IMG/VR virus record: IMGVR_UViG_3300025000_000086
Coordinates: 6,791-70,790 of that record
Reading direction: 5' to 3' (one strand)
Length of the DNA: 64,000 nucleotides
Origin: a virus
Part shown: one piece after another, positions 20,320 to 31,410 of the stretch
How the letters are laid out: each line of letters starts with the position of its first letter
Numbering within the stretch: the stretch's first letter is position 1
Translations under genes and position numbers: made by a program
The notes under the pieces: model-generated
The model's input: the letters and a program-made list of their open reading frames with translations, nothing else
What the model was told of the DNA's origin: nothing
Database searches by the model: none

Positions 20320-21075
20320 ATGATTAAAGTAACATTATTAAATCCAGAACAAATAAAAAACATATTTAAAGAATGGGGATCTTTCGCCTGTGAATGTTAC
20401 GCAACACCTCAAAAATATGCAGAAAAAGTAGGCAATAGTTGTTTTGAATCAGGACATTACAGTGGAAGTAGAACTGAATATATTAAATTCAGAATTGAAG
20501 GTATCGATCGTGGGGTTAGTGAGCAAATCATGCGACATGAAATAGGAGTAAGACAAAATCCTATAGATGAACATACATATGATGAAAATCCTAATAATAT
20601 AATCAAAAATCTTAAATCATTTAGATATGTAGATATGAATGATTTTGATTATACTACACCTACTACTATTGATAAAATACCAGAAGCAAAAGAAGAATAT
20701 GATAGAATCAATAATGAAATAAATAAAAGTAGAATTAAAATTAAAGATATTTTAATTAATAATAAAGTAAAAGAAAAACAAGCAGTTGAAGATGCTAATT
20801 ATATTTTACCTAGAGCAACAAATACTACTTTAACTATTGGTTTTACAATTGAGGCATTAATTCACTATATGCATAAAAGATTATGTGTTAGAGCACAAGA
20901 TTTACATAGAAAAGTTGCAATGATGATGAAGGAAGAAGTGATTAAGGTATTGCCACAATTAGAAAATAGGTTAGTTCCTCAATGCGAGTATCTTTTGTGG
21001 TGTCCAGAAGGTGATATGTCTTGTGGGATGAAACCTACTAGAGATAAATTGATTAGTGATTTATATGAAAAATAA
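20320..21075 (+). CDS. thyX: FAD-dependent thymidylate synthase
   Basis: SGHYS..E, FRIEGIDRGVSEQIMRH...KSFRY, DANYILP, KRLCVRAQ, PQC...CPEG. Confidence 0.88.
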   Translation: MIKVTLLNPEQIKNIFKEWGSFACECYATPQKYAEKVGNSCFESGHYSGSRTEYIKFRIEGIDRGVSEQIMRHEIGVRQNPIDEHTYDENPNNIIKNLKSFRYVDMNDFDYTTPTTIDKIPEAKEEYDRINNEINKSRIKIKDILINNKVKEKQAVEDANYILPRATNTTLTIGFTIEALIHYMHKRLCVRAQDLHRKVAMMMKEEVIKVLPQLENRLVPQCEYLLWCPEGDMSCGMKPTRDKLISDLYEK

Positions 21076-21289
21076 TATTAAAATAATAATATAGAAAGGA
21101 GAAAATAATATGATTCCAAGATGTTGTTATCAATGTTATGCCTTTGGTTTATGCTTCCCTAAATCAAATTATAAAGGTTGTTCAGACTGTATAGATAACA
21201 TAGATAAATCAAATTGTAAAAGAGATATTTGTTTAGGGTTTATACCAGAGTCGCAAACTGATTGATGGGTGAGTAGAAAGGAGTATTAT

Positions 21290-21826
21290 ATGCATATCAT
21301 ATTAATATCAGGTAAAGCACAAAATGGGAAAGATCAAAGTGCTAAAATAATTAAACAAAAATTAGAACAAAAAAATAAAAAAGTATTAATTACTGCATAT
21401 GGTGATTTGGTTAAATATGTATGTGAAAAATTTTTTAATTGGGATGGCAAAAAAGATGAAAAAGGAAGAACACTTTTACAGTATGTAGGCACAGATATTG
21501 TAAGAAGCAAAAAATTTAATTTTTGGGTAGATTTTATTATTAATGTTTTAAATTTCTTTGACAATGAATGGGATTATGTTTTAATTCCAGATATGAGATT
21601 CCAAAATGAAATACATAGATGGAATGGACTTTGGGACATTACAACATTAAGAGTTAATAGATTGAATTTTGAAAATAATCTTACATATGAACAAAAGAAT
21701 CATTCTTCTGAAACAAAACTTGATAATTATCATTTTGATTATGTTATCAATGTAGAAAGTGGATTGGATAAATTAGAGAAAGAAATAGATAAGTTTGTGA
21801 AATGGATGGAGGAAATTGATGAATAA
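21290..21826 (+). CDS. deoxynucleoside monophosphate kinase
   Basis: P-loop ISGKAQNGKD, RTLLQYVGTD, IPDMRFQNE, HSSET. Confidence 0.85.
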   Translation: MHIILISGKAQNGKDQSAKIIKQKLEQKNKKVLITAYGDLVKYVCEKFFNWDGKKDEKGRTLLQYVGTDIVRSKKFNFWVDFIINVLNFFDNEWDYVLIPDMRFQNEIHRWNGLWDITTLRVNRLNFENNLTYEQKNHSSETKLDNYHFDYVINVESGLDKLEKEIDKFVKWMEEIDE

Positions 21827-22385
21827 AAGAAAATTCTTCGTTGATATGGATTCGACCATTACTAATAGTGTTAAAAGTTTTTGTGATACTTACAACAAAA
21901 TATATCAATATTATCCAGATTTTAAACCAGCAGACACAAATAAATTACAACGATATGATTTAAAAGATATTTGCCCGTTAGTTAATAATCCACTTGATAT
22001 ATTTGATCATGATTTATTCTTTCAATACTTAGAATTTATTAATAATAATACATATGAAGTTTTAGAGAAATTAAATAAGAAGTATCAATTAATAGTAACG
22101 ACAATTGGTACTCCAATTAATTTATCTAAAAAGAGTATTTGGTTGAGTGACAAATTACCATTTATCAAGGATTATATATTACTTAGAAATGATGGATGTG
22201 TTATGGATAAGAGTATAGTGGATATGTCAGGAAATGGAAATATATTTATGGATGATGTAGAGAGTAATTTAATGAGTTCAAATTGTGAGAATAAAGTATT
22301 ATTTGGTAAGAGATTTGATTGGAATAGAAAATGGAATGGGAATTGGTGTTTGGATTGGAGTGATGTTGAGGAGATTTATTTGTAA
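21816..22385 (+). CDS. 5'(3')-deoxyribonucleotidase (HAD family)
   Basis: FFVDMDSTI, K..WL, IFMDD, DWN motifs. Confidence 0.8.
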   Translation: MMNKRKFFVDMDSTITNSVKSFCDTYNKIYQYYPDFKPADTNKLQRYDLKDICPLVNNPLDIFDHDLFFQYLEFINNNTYEVLEKLNKKYQLIVTTIGTPINLSKKSIWLSDKLPFIKDYILLRNDGCVMDKSIVDMSGNGNIFMDDVESNLMSSNCENKVLFGKRFDWNRKWNGNWCLDWSDVEEIYL

Positions 22386-22455
22386 GGAATAGGAATAAAT
22401 TAATTAGTTAATACATAAGATGTTTTAAACAATTAATTAAGGAGGAATAACCAAA

Positions 22456-22635
22456 ATAAAATATACAAATGAACAATATTCAGAATATTATAAAAATACT
22501 GAACCAATTGAAACTATCATAGATGATGAATGTATTATAAAAATTTATCCACCTATAGAATCTCCTACAGAAGAAACATATCAACAATATTATAGAGCAT
22601 TAGGACAATTATTATTAAAGAAAAAACCAGCGTAA
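22456..22635 (+). CDS. putative recombination directionality factor (SprB-like), ATA start
   Basis: 59 aa after GGAGG RBS, convergent with the recombinase across the att site; C-terminal helix TYQQYYRALGQLLL recalls SPbeta SprB. Confidence 0.5.
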   Translation: MKYTNEQYSEYYKNTEPIETIIDDECIIKIYPPIESPTEETYQQYYRALGQLLLKKKPA

Positions 22636-22659
22636 TTGCTGGTTAATTTTTTGACTAAA

Positions 22660-22713
22660 TTTATTCTTATGAGTGTGTGCATAATGAGATGTTTGCCTAC
22701 TCATAAGAATAAA
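22660..22713. other. candidate attP site
   Basis: Perfect 15-bp inverted repeat TTTATTCTTATGAGT/ACTCATAAGAATAAA with 24-bp spacer, overlapping the recombinase 3' end. Confidence 0.7.
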
Positions 22714-24292
22714 AAGATGGAGTAATACGAATTTCAAATAATGTTTTATTTATCCTTTCAAATTCAACATTTTTAATAACCGATTTTAATAAAATATTTT
22801 TCTCTGTTTTATCATTGCAATTTTCATATGCTTCTAAAACAGTTTCTACTTTATCTTGCCATTCAAGAAACTTCTGTTCAAAATTATTATTTACATTTTC
22901 ATTAGAAATAAGTAATTTTAACTTATCTAATTCATTATTAAGTTCGTTTGTACGTTCTTTATACATAATATCATCTATAAGTCCATCTTCCCATTTTTCA
23001 TAAGCAAATTTAAGTTTACGTTTTAATTCTAATTCCTTCTTATGCATTACATCATTTATATCTACTGAATTTTCTTTTTTATTATTAACAAAATTATTAA
23101 AATCATCTTCTAATATTTTTTTTGCTTGTTTAATTCCCATGTTTTTTAATTTTTTCAATAATAATAATAATTTTCCTTCAATTTTTCTATACATGGCATA
23201 ACTACATCCTGGTTTAGTACACCATAATACTTCTTGAAAATAAGTTTTTCTAGTTCCATCTTTTTTATCATAATGTGTTCTAGTAGTCTGTTTAATCATA
23301 GTTTTTTTACATTTACTACAAATAACTAATCCTGCTAATTCACAGGGAGAAAAATCCAATTTATTATGCGGTGCAGTACCTCTATTATTAAATTTTTTCT
23401 GTGCTAATTCCCAAGTTTCTTCATCAATAATAGATTCATGTGCATGTTCAACAATTATATGTTCATCTAAAGGTCGATCTATTACTATTGATTTATTATT
23501 TTTTATTACACGTTTTCTTCTATAATACATGACTGTACCATTATATACAGGATTAGAAAGAATTCTTTTAACAGTAGATGGTTCCCATGTTATACCATTT
23601 TTTGGAGTATGAATACCAATTCTAGTAAGATATGTTGCTATTGCTCTAAAAGAAACTTCTTTGCCATCAATTCCATTTACATAAAGAATAAATATTAATC
23701 TAACAATATCTGCTAATTCTTCAATTGGTTCTAATTTAGAAGTTTGTGAATTTAATTTGTATGCGAAGGGAAGGTTTCCAACGATCCATTTACCTTCAGT
23801 GGCAAGATTGTATTTTGCACTTGTCATTCTTTGTCGAATTAACTCGAATTCTTCACGGCTCATGAACATCTCAAACCTAATCTGTCTAACATCAGAAGAA
23901 TTTGAAGGATTATAAATTTTATAAGGTGTAATGATATAAATATTTTTAGATACAACCAAATCATAAATTACACCCATATCACTATAATTACCTCTACCTA
24001 ATCTAGATAATTCACGAACAGCAATACAATTATATTTGTCTAATTTTAAATCTTCTAATACTTGTTTAAAAACTGGTCTAGTTTCTATTTTATCTCCAGA
24101 ACCAATTTCAGAAACTTGGTCATAAGGAATATCTAAATCATCTAATACTTTTGTCATTATTTTTTGCTGTGTAGCTAAAGTATCTTCACCTGTACGTTTT
24201 TCCTTTTCAATATCTTGCCTAGAACGTCTAAGATAGTTGATTATTTTATAGATATTTTGTTGCGGAGAAGAATAAGAATAACTTTTAGACAT
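22697..24292 (-). CDS. large serine recombinase (SprA-like integrase)
   Basis: YLRRSR, SG...RP, ELSRLGR catalytic domain; recombinase domain; CSKC...WCTKPGC zinc ribbon; coiled coil. Confidence 0.93.
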   Translation of the reverse strand: MSKSYSYSSPQQNIYKIINYLRRSRQDIEKEKRTGEDTLATQQKIMTKVLDDLDIPYDQVSEIGSGDKIETRPVFKQVLEDLKLDKYNCIAVRELSRLGRGNYSDMGVIYDLVVSKNIYIITPYKIYNPSNSSDVRQIRFEMFMSREEFELIRQRMTSAKYNLATEGKWIVGNLPFAYKLNSQTSKLEPIEELADIVRLIFILYVNGIDGKEVSFRAIATYLTRIGIHTPKNGITWEPSTVKRILSNPVYNGTVMYYRRKRVIKNNKSIVIDRPLDEHIIVEHAHESIIDEETWELAQKKFNNRGTAPHNKLDFSPCELAGLVICSKCKKTMIKQTTRTHYDKKDGTRKTYFQEVLWCTKPGCSYAMYRKIEGKLLLLLKKLKNMGIKQAKKILEDDFNNFVNNKKENSVDINDVMHKKELELKRKLKFAYEKWEDGLIDDIMYKERTNELNNELDKLKLLISNENVNNNFEQKFLEWQDKVETVLEAYENCNDKTEKNILLKSVIKNVEFERINKTLFEIRITPSFYSYE

Positions 24293-24502
24293 ATAATACT
24301 CCTTAATTGAATAATTTAAATGTAATACTATTTAAACAATACTATTAATATTATTCTACATGGAGTATGAATTATCCTTTTTAAATAATTTTACAAAAAT
24401 CAATAAAACAGGTATATTTTTATAGCAATATGATATAATTATGAATAAGATAGTTAAAAGTATTTAAATTGATTAAATTAATTAGTAAGGAGTGAATAAT
24501 GA

Positions 24503-25661
24503 TATGAGTGTTGTTGAGAAGGAGATAGGGAATATGGATACAATGAAAAATACAGAATGGGAACTTCCTTTACATCCATTATACAAAAATGGTGAGATAG
24601 TTCGTTACACAGGAAATGTATCGCTTGGCATTTTAAGTTCAATGTATCGTGATGGTCAAATTTATTATAATCCTTTAAAACAGAGGGGAACAAAAGTAGG
24701 GAAAGATGGAAAAATTGAACCATTTGTTATTAAGTCTAAAGTTAAAGAAATAACTACTAATATATTGTCAAATAAATTTTTTGGTAATTTAATAACTTTA
24801 AATATTAGAAAAGAAGAAAATCCTGTCTTGCATTATGATGAAAATTTAAATATTCTTCATGGAAAAAATAGATTCGAATTAATTGATGGTTGCCATCGCT
24901 TAACTTCTGGTTTGTTTATTTTAAATAAATGGGAAAAACTTAAAGAAAAAGATAAGCATTTACTAATAAACCCTTTTGAATATGAAATGATTGTAAGTGT
25001 TGAAATTTTGGATGATCAAAATTCATCTGCCCTTTTTAACGAGTACAATAGTAAGCAAACAAAAGTAAATTCCAATATTACTAGCTTTTTAGATGTTTAC
25101 GATTTATCTAATACTGTGGCAAGAAGATTAATAAATGAATCTGAATTAAGAGACAAAATTAAAATTGGTGCTGGTTCATTAAGAGTTAAAGGTGATAATA
25201 ACTTAACAAATTTTGCAAAAATATACGAAGGTATTAAGAGTAATTTTAGAGATAAAATATTAACTAAAAATGAAGCAGATAAAGTTGCAGATTACTTAAT
25301 TTTATATTGGAATGAATTAGTAAATTTACTCCCTGGATACTTTGGTGATATTTCAAATCGTCAAGAAATGAGAGATAAAGATTTAACAATTCAACAAATA
25401 ACTTTTAATGCGTATTTTGCACTTGCTAGAAAATTATATGGATTGGAAAATTGGCAGGAGAAATTAGCAAAAATAAAAGAACCAGTACAAGTGGATGGTT
25501 TTAGAGGTTATATATTTTCTAAGGATAATCCTTATTGGTCTGAGTGCTTCAGAATCAAAAATGGTATTCCAATGGTCGTTAACAGTAGTAGCACGATTCG
25601 TGCGGTTACTAAACATGTTGTTAGTTATATTGTTCCAGAAGACAAGGTTAAAAGTGAATAG
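24503..25661 (+). CDS. DGQHR/DndB-like ParB-superfamily protein
   Basis: QRG motif, LIDGCHRL, LFNEYN. Confidence 0.7.
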
Positions 25662-25668
25662 TAAGATA

Positions 25669-25698
25669 ACCCTCTAGCTTTTAAATTTGCTAGAGGGT
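25669..25698. terminator. bidirectional terminator
   Basis: ACCCTCTAGC/GCTAGAGGGT between convergent genes. Confidence 0.7.
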
Positions 25699-25711
25699 AT
25701 AATTTATTTAT

Positions 25712-26911
25712 TTAATTTTTCAATGCCTTATCCAATATTTCTTCTATCTTATCAAAATCCCAATACCAAATAATTAATAAATTTATATTATGATTCTGTG
25801 CGTAAATACATTTACGATTATCATGCTCTAACTGTTTTTCAAAATCTTTAATTGTTTTATGTATACCTCTAGTAAATTTCTCATGCTGTCCACCATGATA
25901 CTCAATAAGAAGATTATATTTTGGAATATAATGGTCATAAGAAAGATTTTTATTGCCTAGTCCTATAAGACCATCAAATTCTTTTTGAGGTATAAAATAA
26001 TTTTTATTATATTTATTATTATCTTCTAATTTATCAAATTCTTCTTGTGACATTTTAACCCAATTGTTTTCAATTAATACTTCATTAATTTTATTCTCAC
26101 CTTTAGATTTATTACATTCTGGGCAACCAGTTTTTAATTTACCATTTCTACTTTTAATTCGTGCGTACCAAGAATAATTACATTCTTTACACTTCCACCA
26201 AGCATATTGACTACTCCCTGGAGTATAATCTTCAGGATTTTTATCATTTTTATTGTAATCCCATTCCTTACATAGTTTTGGATTATCTTTTAATAAATTA
26301 TTTTCTTTTGTGGCATATCTACCGGAACAATAAGGACAACCATTACCATCAGTTCTATGACTTATGTTTGCATACCATTCATGTCCTTTTTCACAAATCC
26401 ACCATGCATATTGAGGAGTCCCACAAGTAATATCATAAGGTGTAAGTTCACCATTTAAAATAGGATGCCACTCTTTTGCTAATTCTGGATTTTTGGTTGC
26501 AAGACAATTAGAGATTCCTACTTGATGTCCTGAACAAAATCCACATCCATAACCAGCATGAATATAGTTCCAATTTGCTTCAAATTCTTCACCGCAACCA
26601 TCTTTTAAGCATTTCCATATTAAATTATCTTTAGCGTCAATATACTTTTCACTAACTAATTTAAAAGGTTTATTATTTAATTTACACCATAAATTTATAT
26701 TTTGTATGGTATAAGGATTAGATTTATGAAATCTTTTAGGTATACATTTATTTAATAAATTACTAAAAGTAATCATATAATAATACCCTTCATTGTCTCT
26801 TAAAATCAATTTTTCTTTATTATTTTTATATTCTTTACTAATTAACTCATATTCTAATTTATTAACATATTCTTTTACTTCTTCATAAATCCATATTTTT
26901 CTTTTACCCAT
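25712..26911 (-). CDS. free-standing putative homing endonuclease (zinc-ribbon repeats plus Vsr-like PD-(D/E)XK domain)
   Basis: NPELAKEWHP...WWICEKGHEW...GCPYC repeats; SKGE...LSYD...LIEYHGGQH...HD..K. Confidence 0.8.
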   Translation of the reverse strand: MGKRKIWIYEEVKEYVNKLEYELISKEYKNNKEKLILRDNEGYYYMITFSNLLNKCIPKRFHKSNPYTIQNINLWCKLNNKPFKLVSEKYIDAKDNLIWKCLKDGCGEEFEANWNYIHAGYGCGFCSGHQVGISNCLATKNPELAKEWHPILNGELTPYDITCGTPQYAWWICEKGHEWYANISHRTDGNGCPYCSGRYATKENNLLKDNPKLCKEWDYNKNDKNPEDYTPGSSQYAWWKCKECNYSWYARIKSRNGKLKTGCPECNKSKGENKINEVLIENNWVKMSQEEFDKLEDNNKYNKNYFIPQKEFDGLIGLGNKNLSYDHYIPKYNLLIEYHGGQHEKFTRGIHKTIKDFEKQLEHDNRKCIYAQNHNINLLIIWYWDFDKIEEILDKALKN

Positions 26912-27181
26912 AATTATTCTCACCAAATCCTTCCGTCGATTTTTAAATTTTGCAATCTTTCAATTGCCAGCTCCGATTACCCAATAAAAAATAAAAAGAA
27001 GAGAGGCATCGGAATTTACCTCTCTTATCAACCACATTGGCCTATGTGATTTATCTTTTTCCACACAAAAACAAAAAAGAGCAGAAATTAATCCACTCTC
27101 AAAAAGTTAACCTACATTTTTAAATTTATAAGTATAATGTAGGTTAAATATTATATTAATAATTCAAATATTACGTTCTAA

Positions 27182-27439
27182 TCACAACTCTCTACCGCAC
27201 ATCATACAATACCCAATCTTAATCTCATCCAAAACTTCCATTCCTATATCATCTGCTTCAAACAAACTCAAATTGTTATTCTGAAAATATAAGAAATATT
27301 CTTTATCTTTAAAGTTAGATGATGTAGATAGGGTAGAGGATTTAGAAGATTTAGAAGATGATAAGAGTACGGTTGATTTTGAGCAGAAATTACATTCAAT
27401 TGATTCTTCTATATCTATATTATCTATTAATTTATTCAT
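27182..27439 (-). CDS. hypothetical Zn-binding protein
   Basis: CNFC...YCMMCGREL; RBS present. Confidence 0.6.
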   Translation of the reverse strand: MNKLIDNIDIEESIECNFCSKSTVLLSSSKSSKSSTLSTSSNFKDKEYFLYFQNNNLSLFEADDIGMEVLDEIKIGYCMMCGREL

Positions 27440-27724
27440 ATTTATATTTCCTTTTTATTTTATTTTTAAAACTATTATCTATCTTATTCACAACATAATA
27501 AAAAACAATAAATATTATTATTTGGATGGATTATTCCCCAGTTAACTGGGGAATAAGACAGACAACAAACCGCTTTAGCGGAATAGTATGATTGTGGAAT
27601 AAAGTGAACCATCACTCATATAAGTATGCCACCAAAAATGTCAAATCATATATAAAGTAGGATTCACTGTATAACTAAAAATTAAAAAGGATACGCTCTC
27701 TATAACTGTATAGAGGTATATCCT

Positions 27725-29701
27725 TTATGAAATATTATAATTTAAATTTATATATCTATTATTAGATTCAATATCTATATTTTTATCTTTGATATATTGT
27801 AACATTAATGGTTTATTCATTGACTTTTTAAATGTAATATCTTTCATATCTAATAATTCTTTAATTTTTGCTTTGCTTAATCCTTTATCTGTTAAAATAC
27901 CATCATTAATCAATTCATTTCTATAATCTTCATCTAATTTTACTTTTTCATAAAATTCAATTAAAGTATCTACAGTTTCTTTATTATTTTCTACTTGTTT
28001 TCCAGTTTTCTTTGATTCATATTTTAAATTCCAGTTATAATCAATCTGAATACCTGGCATTGCTTTTTCTATTAATGCATCAATTTCACGATCACGATTT
28101 ATAAGATATCCATAAGTTTCAGGACAATTTCCTTCAACATAACCTCTACATTTCACTCTATTTAAGGTCTGTACAATAAGTGATGAGATCGTAGATATTT
28201 TTACTTTTTCAAACTCTTTTTGTTTATATTTTCTATTACCCTTGACTGGAACAAGTGTAGTGTCTAAAGAATTAAATTTTTCTGCTGATAATTCATCTTC
28301 ACTCACAGAACTTGTAAAATACATTAATGGATATATTGCATCAGGTAATAATTGAATACCTAATACAAATATTTTTTCAAATTTACTCCATTTATTTGAT
28401 CCTACAGTTCTTCCGTAATGAGTTATATCAATTTGTTCTAATTTATCATAATCCTTCAATGCTTCTTTAATTAATTTATCTCTTTCTTCGCTATTAGTTA
28501 CAATTAAAACTTTTTCTTCACCTACTATTTTACTTTTAATATCTTCAATAATTGCACCTAATAATCCATCTTCTAATCCTTTCTTCATAGATGAAGATGA
28601 ACCTGTAACTCCATTAAAAATATTTAAATGCATATTCTTATATGATTTTATTTGTGGTAAATCTCTTACTTCTGATTTATCATCAATTTCATATAAATAA
28701 TTAATGCCAGATGTAGCATCTAATGTTATTTTATAAAAATAAGGATTATTTATATCTATATACTTATAAGTTATTATAGATTTATATTTGATATCTTTAT
28801 CAATATTAACGTATCCACCTGTTGCCAACATTGTTCTTATTGCCATATATGCTTCTTTTGCTTGTCTATCTTTACAAGAAAAAAATAATTCATCTAATCC
28901 TTCTGGCACTTCAACATTTTCAAAAGTGCAGAAGAATACACTGTTTTTCTTTATATCATATGACCGAAGAAATTCTTTCTTAATCTTAGTAATAAATCCA
29001 TTAAACTGATCATAAATATCTTCATTGCCAAAATTCATGATAGCATTTTCTATAGTAATTATAGTATTCATATTTATTGTCATAAATTGAACATTATTTA
29101 TTGCTTCATCTATAATTAATCTTTCTCTATAGTATGTATTATATTTACCATGCTTTGTATTAATTCTTTTGTCAGACCATTCACATAATTTTTGTATATC
29201 ATCTTTATCAATTAACTGCAAATATCCAGTATGAGTTAATACAATTACTGGATATTCCTTTAATTCATCATTACTGATAGAATTTTTTCTTCTATTGTTT
29301 TCAATATCCATTCCACTATGATAGGCATATGCTAAATCTATTCCAACCTTTTTATTAATTGTATTTACTGTTTCTTCACAATCTTCTATTGTTAATTTTA
29401 ATATAATCGTTCCTGCATATGATTGTAATAATTTATTTTTTAACATATAAGAAATTCCGTTATTCATAGCAGTACTCTTGCCACAGCCCGTAGGAAAGTT
29501 AACAATTGCTTTCTTGTCTCTGATTGGGTAGAATAAAATATAGTAAAGTAGTTGCTTTAATCCTTTATAATATTCTCCGTCATAAGGTATAACTACGTTA
29601 TAATTTGCTAATTCTTCCATTGTTAAATTGACAGCATTTATTACATGATTTTTCTTTGTTTCTAAATCCATCTTATCTAAAAATTCTTTGTAACTAATCA
29701 T
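27725..29701 (-). CDS. SF2 helicase-like protein (possible origin-binding replication protein)
   Basis: FPTGCGKST Walker A, LIIDEA, LDAT, GSN, Q...R.R motifs. Confidence 0.75.
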   Translation of the reverse strand: MISYKEFLDKMDLETKKNHVINAVNLTMEELANYNVVIPYDGEYYKGLKQLLYYILFYPIRDKKAIVNFPTGCGKSTAMNNGISYMLKNKLLQSYAGTIILKLTIEDCEETVNTINKKVGIDLAYAYHSGMDIENNRRKNSISNDELKEYPVIVLTHTGYLQLIDKDDIQKLCEWSDKRINTKHGKYNTYYRERLIIDEAINNVQFMTINMNTIITIENAIMNFGNEDIYDQFNGFITKIKKEFLRSYDIKKNSVFFCTFENVEVPEGLDELFFSCKDRQAKEAYMAIRTMLATGGYVNIDKDIKYKSIITYKYIDINNPYFYKITLDATSGINYLYEIDDKSEVRDLPQIKSYKNMHLNIFNGVTGSSSSMKKGLEDGLLGAIIEDIKSKIVGEEKVLIVTNSEERDKLIKEALKDYDKLEQIDITHYGRTVGSNKWSKFEKIFVLGIQLLPDAIYPLMYFTSSVSEDELSAEKFNSLDTTLVPVKGNRKYKQKEFEKVKISTISSLIVQTLNRVKCRGYVEGNCPETYGYLINRDREIDALIEKAMPGIQIDYNWNLKYESKKTGKQVENNKETVDTLIEFYEKVKLDEDYRNELINDGILTDKGLSKAKIKELLDMKDITFKKSMNKPLMLQYIKDKNIDIESNNRYINLNYNIS

Positions 29702-31243
29702 CTAAAATACCTCACTTTCAGGTATTTTATTTTTTATTTTTATATATTCATCATAATACATCCAAACTAATTTTGTACCATCTTGTAATTTAGTTGATTG
29801 TGTTATATGTCTACAACAATTTGATATATTTGAAGCGTAAATATTGTATGTATTAGAAGCATCTACTATACAATTAAAAATTTCTTTAGTTGTTAAACAT
29901 ATTATTTTCCTTTTATTTTTATTATTATATTCTTCTTTTGGATCATAATCACACCAATTTAATTTAACACCTTGCTTAAGATACCTTATAATTGTACTTC
30001 TACTTATATTAATTTTATTAATTATTTTTGAAACATTATTAATTCCACTATTCCATAAATCACAAACAACTTTTACTAAACTATTACAAGCAAATTCATG
30101 GCATTTTAACCAATCGACATCTTCTTTTTTGAAATTTAATAATTTAGGCAATTCACTATTCATAATACTATTTTTAATCCATTCCATATTTGATTCTCTA
30201 CAATCTAAAACTATGTAATTTTCAATATTATTTTCTTTTGCTAATTGTTCTTTTTGTTTATCATTTTCTTGATTTTCTTTTAAAGATTTTGATCTAGCCC
30301 AAGACCCAGTAATACGATCTTCGTAATGTTGTAAACCATGTGTTTCTACTATGCATTGAAAATTATCAATATAAAAATCATATTTATAATTACTACACCA
30401 TTTAAAAGTAGTTTTAGATAATTGTGCTTGAAAATTATTATTAAGTAATTGTTCTAATACATTAAACATAAATTTTTCTGGATAACTAACACCATCAGAA
30501 CACTTTTGGCAAGAAAGTCCATTCTTTATTAAAGTAGGAATTAAATATTCTCTTTCATGACCACATATAGGACATTTCATAAGAATTAATTTACTTGACC
30601 CTAATGAGTATTTATATGCATCTTCTTTATTTACTAGATATTCAGTCAAATGTGGATGTGTTATTGCTATAGTATTACATTGACTACATTTTATACTTCC
30701 TTTTTGACCACCAACAAAACAATGAATATCACGTAATTCACTTTTATGTTCAGGATGATCTAAACACTTAAACCAATATCCTTTTTTATTAAGACCATGA
30801 GAACTACAAGTCACATCACTAGGAGTTAATTTATTACCATTCTCGTCAATATTTAATTCATAATCCCATCTTTCCATAATTTTATTTGCTTCATTTTTAG
30901 GAAGATTTTCATAACACCAATCATAAAAAGATATCCATTTTTTATTTCCATTTGCGGCACATTTTGCACAATAATAACTTCCATCTTCTTTAACACATTT
31001 TAAATAATCTATCCATCTTACTTGTGGTAATATTGTTCCGCAAGCATTACATCGAACAATAACATTTGCATGACTTTTTGGACTTATATCTTCTATTTTT
31101 ATAATTATTTTTGTTCCTTGTTTAATTTTATTTTTTCTTCCTTGATTATCAGTCCATTTAGGAATTATATACCTTTTTTCTTCATAATAATTTGCATTAC
31201 TACCACTTATTACAACTTCAACTTCTTTGCTAATTAATCCCAT
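29702..31243 (-). CDS. free-standing putative homing endonuclease (Zn ribbons, Vsr-like nuclease, C-terminal NUMOD1-like)
   Basis: SYPEKF...YDFYI...IVETHGLQH...D..K; IICLTTKEIF..I..AS. Confidence 0.78.
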   Translation of the reverse strand: MGLISKEVEVVISGSNANYYEEKRYIIPKWTDNQGRKNKIKQGTKIIIKIEDISPKSHANVIVRCNACGTILPQVRWIDYLKCVKEDGSYYCAKCAANGNKKWISFYDWCYENLPKNEANKIMERWDYELNIDENGNKLTPSDVTCSSHGLNKKGYWFKCLDHPEHKSELRDIHCFVGGQKGSIKCSQCNTIAITHPHLTEYLVNKEDAYKYSLGSSKLILMKCPICGHEREYLIPTLIKNGLSCQKCSDGVSYPEKFMFNVLEQLLNNNFQAQLSKTTFKWCSNYKYDFYIDNFQCIVETHGLQHYEDRITGSWARSKSLKENQENDKQKEQLAKENNIENYIVLDCRESNMEWIKNSIMNSELPKLLNFKKEDVDWLKCHEFACNSLVKVVCDLWNSGINNVSKIINKINISRSTIIRYLKQGVKLNWCDYDPKEEYNNKNKRKIICLTTKEIFNCIVDASNTYNIYASNISNCCRHITQSTKLQDGTKLVWMYYDEYIKIKNKIPESEVF

Positions 31244-31410
31244 TCTAACATCTCCTTTAATATTATTTTTGATTTCCTTATAAAAATATTAATAAGCAGA
31301 CAGGTGTAAGGATTCACTTTTCGATGATCAGTCTAGTCTGCTTACTTGTGTTTATTTCAACACAAAAAAGAACATTCACAATTTGAATGTTCTAATTTCT
31401 ATTGAAATAT

